From an uncultured delta proteobacterium (GTDB lineage: Bacteria > Desulfobacterota > Binatia > UBA9968), in assembly GCA_963816145.1 (NCBI GenBank), contig CAWFJP010000011.1, positions 64,001 to 128,000 on the forward strand: DNA of 64,000 nt, read 5' to 3'. This document shows, one piece after another, positions 29,026 to 37,359 of the stretch. The position numbers and the translations under genes are program-made. Every line of letters starts with the position of its first letter. The stretch's first letter is position 1. The notes beneath the pieces were generated by a model, which saw only the letters and a list, made by a program, of their open reading frames with translations, was not told the origin of the DNA and did no database searches.

Positions 29026-30168
29026 TCACGGTGATTGTGCGTGCATCGCGGGATGGACGCGCATCCCTTCTTTGATCTTGCCCATGCGATCGATAACGAC
29101 CTGATCGCCGGCTTTCAAACCAGCACGGATCACGATGGGATCGCTATTCGCGTCATCGAGTTCTACAAGCCGCCGCACAGCGCGGCCATCGACAACTCGA
29201 TAGACATAGTGCTGGTCGGCCGCAGATTGCAGCGCCGAGCGGGGAATCGTAATAACTTGCTCTTGCCTTTCCAAGCTTAGAGTCGCATCGACAGTCGCAC
29301 CGATTTGCAGCGTGCGATCGCGGTTATCGACGCGAATTTCAATTGGCATCGCCGCGCCGTCGCTCTTGATGTTACCGTCTAGGCGGACGACTTTTCCAGC
29401 ACGCACTTCAACCGACCCTTGCCGGGCGGAAACCTGCGCGGCCATGCCATCACGAACTAGCGTTGTATATCTCGCCGGCACTTCACCAAGCAACTTGAGG
29501 TTATCGATCTGCGCGATCGTGAGTATGGCACGCGCCTCATTGACCGGCGTGCCTGCTGATAAGGCGCCGGTTACCAAGCCAGAAATCGGCGCGACTACAC
29601 GGCCAAACTGTTGCAGCTTGCGCACCTGGGTTAACATCGCTTCCTGTTGGGCGATCTGGGCGCGCAGCAAGTCAAGCTGCGCTCGATTGGTGGCGGCTTG
29701 GATCTCCGCCTGTTCGACATCGCGCCGGGCGATCAAATCCTGACGATAGAGATCCTGGTAACGCGAAAACTGTTTGTCCGTTTCCGCCGCCTGCTGCTCA
29801 CTATCCTGGAGTTGCTTTCTTGTTACCTTGAGTTCGGCTTCAACCAGTCGCACGCGCTCGGTCAATTCGCCGGAATATACCGATGCGACGACCGCGCCGG
29901 CGTTTACGGTATCGCCGGTTTTGAATCTCACCTCGGTCAACCGACCGGCAACTCGCGGTACCACATTGACTTCAACGGCCGGCCGCAGCTCGCCGCTGAC
30001 GCGTAAAACAATCGGCCGCGACTCGCGGGTCACCTCAGCAATCGCGACGATGACTGCGTCATTATCGAGGAACCACTGCCAGGGCCTAGTGCCAAACGCG
30101 AATAAGCCCAGAGCCAGTAGCACCGCGGCACCTGAGATAACGGAAACCAGCGAACTTGCGGGTTTCAT
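29026..30168 (-). CDS. RND efflux periplasmic adaptor (MFP), second copy
   Basis: N-terminal TM; V.PRVAG...FKTGDTV; APISG; IPRSAL; GLKAGDQVV. Confidence 0.85.
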   Translation of the reverse strand: MKPASSLVSVISGAAVLLALGLFAFGTRPWQWFLDNDAVIVAIAEVTRESRPIVLRVSGELRPAVEVNVVPRVAGRLTEVRFKTGDTVNAGAVVASVYSGELTERVRLVEAELKVTRKQLQDSEQQAAETDKQFSRYQDLYRQDLIARRDVEQAEIQAATNRAQLDLLRAQIAQQEAMLTQVRKLQQFGRVVAPISGLVTGALSAGTPVNEARAILTIAQIDNLKLLGEVPARYTTLVRDGMAAQVSARQGSVEVRAGKVVRLDGNIKSDGAAMPIEIRVDNRDRTLQIGATVDATLSLERQEQVITIPRSALQSAADQHYVYRVVDGRAVRRLVELDDANSDPIVIRAGLKAGDQVVIDRMGKIKEGMRVHPAMHAQSP

Positions 30169-30260
30169 GGGTCAGCGCCCGGAAGCTCGATAGTGAATGA
30201 TGCAGGATCGGTCCGTAATCGGATTTGAACGATAACGATGTTGCTCCGCTCCCGGCCGCG

Positions 30261-30297
30261 AAAAAAAAGGCCACCGCCTGTTACCAGACGATGGCCT
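30261..30297 (-). terminator. Intrinsic terminator after RND permease
   Basis: Hairpin AGGCCATCGTCTG-gtaa-CAGGCGGTGGCCT followed by a T-run on the minus strand. Confidence 0.7.
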
Positions 30298-30329
30298 GTA
30301 AAGATTTGTTATGATTTCTCCCAACGCGC

Positions 30330-33300
30330 TCAAGAAGCTTTATGCGGATTATCAACCTCGAGATGCGGCGTCAGAGCAGCATGCTCAACGGCCGGCACGG
30401 CGGCTTTGCCGCCCATGCGCGACCGGAACCCGGTCACAAAGGCCAAGAGTTTTTCCATATACAGGTAAACCACCGGGGTAATGTAGAGTGTCAAAACCTG
30501 AGAAATGACCAACCCGCCGACGACCGCGATACCGAGCGGTTGGCGCGCTTCGGCGCCGGCGCCCCAACCGATCGCGATGGGAACCGCGCCGACGATCGCC
30601 GCCATGGTGGTCATCATGATCGGCCGAAAGCGCACCAAAGCGCCCTCATAAATTGCCTGGGCCGGCGGTTTCCCCTCGTTGCGCTGGGCATCGAGAGCGA
30701 AGTCGATCATCATGATGGCGTTTTTCTTGACGATACCGACGAGCATGATCAAACCGACGAAAGCATAGATGCTCAAGTCCATGCCGAACCAGTAAAGCGC
30801 GATCAACGCACCCAATCCCGCTGACGGCAAGCCGGAGAGAATCGTCACCGGATGAATGAAACTTTCGTACAGAATGCCGAGCACCAGATAGACGACAAAC
30901 ACCGCCAGGACCAGCAGCGCCAATAAGCTGGCAATCGATTTCTGAAATTCCTGCGCGGTACCTTGGAAACTGGTACTGACCGATCCCGGCAAGGTCTCAC
31001 GCGCGAGCTTATTGATCGTCTCGACCGCATCACCCAGCGCCACGCCTTCACGCAAGTTGAAGGAAATAGTCACCGACGGCAATTGACCCGAATGATTCAC
31101 CGAGAGCGGCCCAACTGAATACTTGAGACTCGCCAGCGCGCCCAAGGGGACCATCGGTTGGGCTGTCGAGTTTTGCCCTGTAGTCGAGCGAATGTAGAGT
31201 TGCGACAAGGCCGAAGGGTCGTTTTGAAACTTCGGATCGAGCTCGACGATGACTTGGTATTGATTGTTCGGCGTATTGACCGTCGACACCTGCCGGGTGG
31301 CATAAGAGTTTTGAAACGCCTCTTCGACCGCGCGTTGGGAAATCCCCTGTGCGGTTACGCCCATGGTCGAGGCTTTGTCACGGTCGAGGACGACTTGCAG
31401 TTGCGGGTTTTTTAGCTGCAAATCGCTGCCGACATCGCGAAAATCGGCAAGCGCCCTTAACCTACCTTCGAGAATCGCCGCCGTACGATACAATTCCGGC
31501 GCGTCGGGGCTCTGCAAGGTGAATTGGTACAAGCTCCGGCTCAGCCGTCCGCCAACGCGGATGACCGGCGGGTTTTGCAACGAAACCCGGATTCCCGGCA
31601 CCCGGGACAGCTTCGGCCGCAAATCGCGAATCAATTCATCGGCGCTGAGCTTGCGCTGTTCGCGCGGCTTGAGTTTCATGAAAATACGACCGGTATTGCC
31701 GGTCAGTCCTACACCGCCGACGCCGACACTTGAAAAAAACGACTCGACATTGGGGTCCTTGGCAACGATGGCGGCGAGCTGCTGTTGATTGTTTACCATT
31801 TGTTCGAAGGAAACCCCTTGCGCCCCTTCGGTGTTAATTAATATCTGACCGATATCCTCACTCGGAATAAACCCCTTAGGCACCAATCCATAAAAATGAA
31901 CCGTGGCCCAGAGCACGACCAATGACGCGATCATCGTCGTGACATGGTGGCGCATGACCCATGCAAGGGTGAATTCGTAACCTTTGTTCATTCCATCCAG
32001 ACAACGCCCGAGGAAGTGATATAGCCAGCCATGCTTTTGCTCATGCGGTGGCTTGAGATAGCGGCTGCAGAGCATCGGCGTCAGGGTCAACGAAATAAAG
32101 CCGGAAACCAGAATCGACACGCAGATGGTCACGGCGAATTCGCGCAGGAGCCGTCCGAGCATGCCGCTCATGAATAGCACCGGGATGAACGCGGCGACCA
32201 GTGAAATCGTCATGGAGACGATGGTGAAGCCGATCTCTTTGGCGCCGCTGATCGCGGCATCGAATGGCTTCTCGCCAAGTTCCATGTGACGCACAATGTT
32301 TTCCAGGACGACGATGGCGTCATCGACGACAAAACCCACCGCCAGCGTCAACGCCATGAGCGACAGATTGTCCAGGCTGTAGTCGAGCAAATACATCACG
32401 GCAAAGGTGCCGACGATGGACATGGGAAGTGCCAAGCTCGGAATGATTGTCGCTGACAAATTGCGTAGAAATAGAAAAATAACCAGAATGACGAGAAAAA
32501 TGGTGCCGATTAGCGTCAACTGAACGTCATGCACGGATTCGCGAATCGATTGCGTGCGGTCAAAGAAAAACTCAAGTTTGATCGACGGCGGAATTTGCGC
32601 TTGTAGGCCGGGGAGGATTTCTTTGATCGCATCGACTACTTCCACGACGTTCGCGCCCGGTTGGCGCTGAACTCCCAGGATCACCGCTTTCTTGCCCTTG
32701 AACCAGCTGGCGATCCGGGTGTTTTCGACGCTGTCGATCGCCTTGCCGATGTCCTGAATGCGCACAGGGGCGCCGTTGCGATAAGTCACCACCAACGACT
32801 GAAACGCCGCGCCATTGACGAGCTGGCCATCCGAGACCAGCGTATATGCGCGGGTCGGAGCATTGAGAGTACCCACCGGCAGATCGACGTTGCCGCGCTG
32901 CACAGCCGCCACGACATCGTCGACGCCGATCTGGCGCACCGCCAATTGATTCGGATCCAACTGTATGCGAATGGCAAACTTCTGTGAACCGAAGACATCG
33001 ACTTGGGCAACGCCGTTCACCATCGAGATCCGTTGCGCCAAAATCGTCTGGGCATACTCATCGACGGCGGACAGCGGCAGCGTGTCGGAGGTGAGGGCGA
33101 ACAGTATGATCGAATTGTTCGCCGGATTGACTTTACGATAGGATGGCGGCGACGTCATGCTCGGCGGCAGGTCGCGCGCCGTGCGGGCGATCATCGACTG
33201 GACGTCCTGCGCCGCTGCATCGATATTACGGCTAAGAATAAACTGCAGGGTGATCTGGGTGCGGCCCAAGCTGCTCGTCGAACTCATCGAGTCGAGCCCG

Positions 33301-33524
33301 GCGATGGTGGAAAAATTTTTTTCCAGCGGCGTCGCCACCGACGATGCCATGGTCTCGGCGCTGGCGCCCGCGAGATTGGCATTGACCGTGATCGTCGGGA
33401 AATCGACCGTCGGCAGATCGCTCACCGGTAGGGATTTGTATCCCATGATGCCGAAGATCAGGATACCGACCATCACCAACGTGGTCGTAACCGGCCGGCG
33501 GATGAAAAGCTCGGAAATATTCAT
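30330..33524 (-). CDS. RND efflux permease (MdtB/MdtC-like, HAE1)
   Basis: 1064 aa; FIRRPV, GFVVDDAIVVLENI, GIVKKNAIMMIDFA and RFRPIMMTT motifs. Confidence 0.93.
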   Translation of the reverse strand: MNISELFIRRPVTTTLVMVGILIFGIMGYKSLPVSDLPTVDFPTITVNANLAGASAETMASSVATPLEKNFSTIAGLDSMSSTSSLGRTQITLQFILSRNIDAAAQDVQSMIARTARDLPPSMTSPPSYRKVNPANNSIILFALTSDTLPLSAVDEYAQTILAQRISMVNGVAQVDVFGSQKFAIRIQLDPNQLAVRQIGVDDVVAAVQRGNVDLPVGTLNAPTRAYTLVSDGQLVNGAAFQSLVVTYRNGAPVRIQDIGKAIDSVENTRIASWFKGKKAVILGVQRQPGANVVEVVDAIKEILPGLQAQIPPSIKLEFFFDRTQSIRESVHDVQLTLIGTIFLVILVIFLFLRNLSATIIPSLALPMSIVGTFAVMYLLDYSLDNLSLMALTLAVGFVVDDAIVVLENIVRHMELGEKPFDAAISGAKEIGFTIVSMTISLVAAFIPVLFMSGMLGRLLREFAVTICVSILVSGFISLTLTPMLCSRYLKPPHEQKHGWLYHFLGRCLDGMNKGYEFTLAWVMRHHVTTMIASLVVLWATVHFYGLVPKGFIPSEDIGQILINTEGAQGVSFEQMVNNQQQLAAIVAKDPNVESFFSSVGVGGVGLTGNTGRIFMKLKPREQRKLSADELIRDLRPKLSRVPGIRVSLQNPPVIRVGGRLSRSLYQFTLQSPDAPELYRTAAILEGRLRALADFRDVGSDLQLKNPQLQVVLDRDKASTMGVTAQGISQRAVEEAFQNSYATRQVSTVNTPNNQYQVIVELDPKFQNDPSALSQLYIRSTTGQNSTAQPMVPLGALASLKYSVGPLSVNHSGQLPSVTISFNLREGVALGDAVETINKLARETLPGSVSTSFQGTAQEFQKSIASLLALLVLAVFVVYLVLGILYESFIHPVTILSGLPSAGLGALIALYWFGMDLSIYAFVGLIMLVGIVKKNAIMMIDFALDAQRNEGKPPAQAIYEGALVRFRPIMMTTMAAIVGAVPIAIGWGAGAEARQPLGIAVVGGLVISQVLTLYITPVVYLYMEKLLAFVTGFRSRMGGKAAVPAVEHAALTPHLEVDNPHKAS

Positions 33525-34987
33525 GACTCACCTCGCGATTCACCTTTGCCACGCGCTTCCCCATCTGGCTTTGCCTTACCTTCGCTACGCCGTCGGCGCT
33601 GGCCATCGCCCTTGGAGTCCTCAGCCGATTTCACAGCTTCTTTGACTTCGCCTTCGGCGGCCTTGCGCTCGCGCCGCCCTTCGCCCTTCACTTGTCCGCC
33701 TGAATTGGCGGTCGTTTTATCCTCGCCGTCAGACTTCGCTTTGCCACGTCCGCCGCCCCGCCGCCCCTCGCCGTTGCCGTCGTCGGCAACTTTGGCCGTC
33801 GCCTTGATATCGACGCGCGAGCCGGGGGACAGGAGGAACTGGCCTTCGCGCACGACTTGCTCGCCAACCGCAACTCCCTTGGTAATGACCGACTCGCCTT
33901 CGTTGCTCTGTCCCACCGAAACCGGTCTGAGTTCGACGCGCTTGTCTTCCTTTACGACGAAGACCTGCTGGCCGTCGGGACCAACCTGAATCGCTTCGGA
34001 CGGGATCACGACGGCGTCCGCTTGAGTCGCCAAGGTTAAAGTGACGTTGATAAATTGCCCAGGCCACAAACGTCTGTCACTATTGGTATACTCAGCTTTG
34101 AGCTTGATGGTTCCCGTGGTCCGGTCCACCGCGTTATCGACAAAGGTTAGAATGCCCTGTTCGGGTCGGCCCTCGCCCGCCGGAAAACTGGCATTAACAT
34201 CAAGCTTGTGGCCCGCCATATGGCGTTTGATATCGAGTAAGTTTTGTTCGGGTACGGCAAAAGTGACATTGATCGGCGTCACCTGGTTGATAACCACCAA
34301 CGGCGCGCCGTCATTGACCCGCACCAGATTGCCTTCGTTGATGAGCAGGCTGCCAACGCGGCCATTCACCGGCGAATAGATGTAGCAGTAACTCAATTGA
34401 ACTTTAGCGTTCTCGACCACGGCTTTGTCGGCGTCGACAACCGCCTCAGCGGCATCCGCGTCTGCCTTGATCTGATCATACTGCTCGCGAGAAACGTACT
34501 GCTTCTCAACCAGCTCAGCATAGCGTTTCAACTGCTCGCGCTTATTCTTGTACTGGGCACTATCGCGCGCCAAGGTTGCTTCGGCTTGTTTCAGCGCGGC
34601 TTCCAAAGGTCGCGGGTCGATCGTAAACAGCAACTGGCCGAGCTTGACGTCTTGCCCTTCCTTAAAATGGGCCTTCTGAAGCACCCCGGTAACCTGACTC
34701 TTGATGGATACGGTATTGAACGGCTCGACGTTTCCGACCGCGCGCAGCTGAACTGGAACGGATTTCTGGACCGCCGTGGCAACCACAACCGGAACCGCTT
34801 CGCCACCGCCCCGACGTCCCCCGCTGCGGCCGGCAGCTCCCCGTTCGCCACTCTCCGCACCGCCTTGGGGCTTTGCCGCCGCATTGTCTTGAGGTTTTTT
34901 ATTGAGCGACCAGGATTGATATTGTTGAAAGCCGGCGAAGCCACCGACCACTGCGAGGAATGCAACGATCCACAGAGTACGCTTCAT
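33521..34987 (-). CDS. RND efflux periplasmic adaptor (MdtA-like) with Gly/Arg/Glu-rich tail
   Basis: IDPRP, DNAVDRTTGTIKLKA and LWPGQF motifs. Confidence 0.9.
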   Translation of the reverse strand: MKRTLWIVAFLAVVGGFAGFQQYQSWSLNKKPQDNAAAKPQGGAESGERGAAGRSGGRRGGGEAVPVVVATAVQKSVPVQLRAVGNVEPFNTVSIKSQVTGVLQKAHFKEGQDVKLGQLLFTIDPRPLEAALKQAEATLARDSAQYKNKREQLKRYAELVEKQYVSREQYDQIKADADAAEAVVDADKAVVENAKVQLSYCYIYSPVNGRVGSLLINEGNLVRVNDGAPLVVINQVTPINVTFAVPEQNLLDIKRHMAGHKLDVNASFPAGEGRPEQGILTFVDNAVDRTTGTIKLKAEYTNSDRRLWPGQFINVTLTLATQADAVVIPSEAIQVGPDGQQVFVVKEDKRVELRPVSVGQSNEGESVITKGVAVGEQVVREGQFLLSPGSRVDIKATAKVADDGNGEGRRGGGRGKAKSDGEDKTTANSGGQVKGEGRRERKAAEGEVKEAVKSAEDSKGDGQRRRRSEGKAKPDGEARGKGESRGES

Positions 34988-35021
34988 AGGGTTTTCGAGT
35001 GACCCCTTTCCGACATTTGGC

Positions 35022-36455
35022 CTATTTGATCGAGTTCTGTTTCAAGACGGCGACCCGGGTATCACCCATGGCCCGGGCTAACTGTGCATCGGCTATCTTA
35101 TATTGATAAATGGCGCTTACATAATTGATCTGCGCTTCGGTGTAAAGGGTCTCCGCATCGGTCACTTCGATAATCGAACCAACACCGACCTGGTACCGCC
35201 CTTGGGCGAGATCGAGATTCTCTTTCGCCGCAGTTGCCGCCGACTCGGTGGCTTTGATTCGCTCCTGAGTCTCCACGACTCTAAGGTAACTCTGCTCCAC
35301 CTCCAGAGCAATCAGCTGGCGACGGTCCTCTTCCTGGGCTTTGACATTATAGTAGTTGTGGAGTGTTTCTTCGACCCGCTGGGTGGTGCGAAATCCGTCG
35401 AAGATCGGGATGTTAAGAACTAAACCCACTGCCCAAGCCGGCTGTAGAGGGAAGGTGTTCAGGTGACGGTTGGTCGTCGAATCACCGCTGCCGAATCGTT
35501 GGATCTCGTTGCTCGAATGGCGTCGGCCGTAACTGGCATCGAAGTTCAGATCCGGCAAATGGCCCCGGCGCGCCGTGGCGATCAGTTGATCCGAGGCGCG
35601 ACGTTGCGCCTCGAAACTTTTAAGTTCGGTGCGGGTTTCGTAGGCAATATTTCTCGCCTCGGCCAAGTTCATCGAAAGTTCCACTTCCGGACCAACCTCG
35701 GCAACCGGCTGTTCCGGCAGCCGCGGCGAGCCCATGGCGTTGCGCAGCGTTACCCAAGCGATTTTCACGGCGTTTTCCGCTTGGATCAGGCCGGCCTGAG
35801 CGTTGTAAAGATTCGCCTCCGCGCGCGCGACGTCAATCTTCGCCCGCGTTCCCACTTCGAAAAACCCTTTGGCCTGACGCACCAGCAAGTCACGGTTACG
35901 CACCGTGCCATTGGCCACGTTGACGAAGGCTTGAGCGGCGAGATAGGTGTAATAGGCCGTCTTAATGGCCAGCGCGGTGTCTTGGACCGTGGTCTCATAG
36001 TCCTGCTGCACCGCGCCTAAGGTTTCACGTGCTGCCTGCACGGTGCCCTCGCGCTTGCCAAAATTATATAGCGTCATAGTGAAAAGGGCCTGGCTGATAA
36101 ATGTTTCGCTCGCCGCAGAGCTATCGGCAACAGCGGAACCTGTAGACGCGGCGCGGTATTGGTTGTTTAAACTGACGGTGGGATAGTAAGCGGACATCTG
36201 TTGGCCGAGAATCGCTTGCTGCGATAAGACCCGCTCGTCGGCCGACTTGATGCGCGGATGATTCTCCAAGCCAATGCGCACGGCGTCTTCCAGGGTCAGC
36301 AACTTTCCGGTTGGCGATGGCGAGGCTTGCGCTCCCGGCACCGCCTGAACTTGCATCTGAATTTGGGCCGCTTGAGATACGGTGGTTAGCACAGCCGCGT
36401 GTGCCAATGCATAGGCAATCAGCCAAGTTGCAACTTTTCTATTGCGCCCGGTCAT
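35022..36455 (-). CDS. TolC-family outer membrane efflux protein
   Basis: LTLEDAV..GLENHP, IPIFDG and RYQVGVGSIIEVTDA motifs; first gene of the RND operon. Confidence 0.9.
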   Translation of the reverse strand: MTGRNRKVATWLIAYALAHAAVLTTVSQAAQIQMQVQAVPGAQASPSPTGKLLTLEDAVRIGLENHPRIKSADERVLSQQAILGQQMSAYYPTVSLNNQYRAASTGSAVADSSAASETFISQALFTMTLYNFGKREGTVQAARETLGAVQQDYETTVQDTALAIKTAYYTYLAAQAFVNVANGTVRNRDLLVRQAKGFFEVGTRAKIDVARAEANLYNAQAGLIQAENAVKIAWVTLRNAMGSPRLPEQPVAEVGPEVELSMNLAEARNIAYETRTELKSFEAQRRASDQLIATARRGHLPDLNFDASYGRRHSSNEIQRFGSGDSTTNRHLNTFPLQPAWAVGLVLNIPIFDGFRTTQRVEETLHNYYNVKAQEEDRRQLIALEVEQSYLRVVETQERIKATESAATAAKENLDLAQGRYQVGVGSIIEVTDAETLYTEAQINYVSAIYQYKIADAQLARAMGDTRVAVLKQNSIK

Positions 36456-36573
36456 ACCCTTCCCCCTTGCGAAAGCTCGCTAACCCTATCGGGTTTAACC
36501 TATTAAAGCAAAATCGTCCCAAAGCACCACCAACAGATTTTAACAGTCCTAACCATCATTGAGAAATCAAAAT

Positions 36574-36790
36574 TTAAGGCAGGATCGCAAAGATTCGCAA
36601 CGGGGCGCCGCTGCCCCCTTTGATTTTCATCGGGATGGCATAGATCGTGGCTGCCGTCGCTGACAAGCGATCCAAGTGAGCGATGTCCGCGAAAATCGCC
36701 CTGGTTCGCACCCGCGAGAATTTACGGCGTCGCGATGTCCTTCGACGCGCCGTGATCGATGCTCGGGGTGTCGATGACAACCGCTGTGAC
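36574..36790 (-). pseudogene. Remnant of a cyclase/kynurenine-formamidase-family gene (3' end)
   Basis: VVIDTPSIDHGASKDIATP*ILAGANQ / +1 frameshift / AIFADIAHLDRL...AIPMKIKGGSGAPLRIFA matches the GIDT.SID...PxKixgGsGaPxR family signature. Confidence 0.75.
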
Positions 36791-36857
36791 AAGCTTGGGC
36801 AAGTCAGTTGCCAGGATCAGTGAAGCACGAAACCACTGTCTAGTTTAACCAGGGAAG

Positions 36858-37316
36858 CTACCGGGTGCTCCGCAGTGCGTCCAACTGACGGCGCGCCTCG
36901 TCAAATCCCGGATTAATCTTGAGCGCGGCTTCGAATTCCTGTTCCGCCTCGCCGCGCCGCCCGGCATCGACCAAAACACGGCCAAGTTCGTAATGCGCCA
37001 CATCATCGTCTGGACAGAGCTGCAATCCTTGACGGTACAAAGAAATCTGTTCGTCGCGATTGGTCGACAGCTGCACCTTGTCGAAATAATCGCGGAAGGC
37101 GCGGCTACACTGATCGGAGGTCTGCTTGCTCTGTCTTAGGGCTTCGAGTTCGGCCCGTTGCCGGGCCATTTCCGCGTTCTGTTCCTTGATCTGTTCCTGT
37201 TGCTTCTTTAGGTCTTCCTCCAGGTAGCCGGTGAGACAGGAGGACAGCAGCGCGATACTTAGCAACAACACCGTGAGACTAGCCAGCGTGGAGTTGCTTT
37301 GACGCAACCGCTTCAT
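36858..37316 (-). CDS. Small coiled-coil/TPR lipoprotein
   Basis: Lipobox LSSC, coiled coil, AHYELG TPR. Confidence 0.75.
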   Translation of the reverse strand: MKRLRQSNSTLASLTVLLLSIALLSSCLTGYLEEDLKKQQEQIKEQNAEMARQRAELEALRQSKQTSDQCSRAFRDYFDKVQLSTNRDEQISLYRQGLQLCPDDDVAHYELGRVLVDAGRRGEAEQEFEAALKINPGFDEARRQLDALRSTR

Positions 37317-37359
37317 GATCTGCTCCAATTTCGCGAATTATCGGCAAGCCCAAAGATTC

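Noticed and set aside
36722-36724. Recoded stop in the cyclase fragment
   Set aside because: The stop is TAA, and a frameshift and missing 5' region accompany it, which indicates decay.
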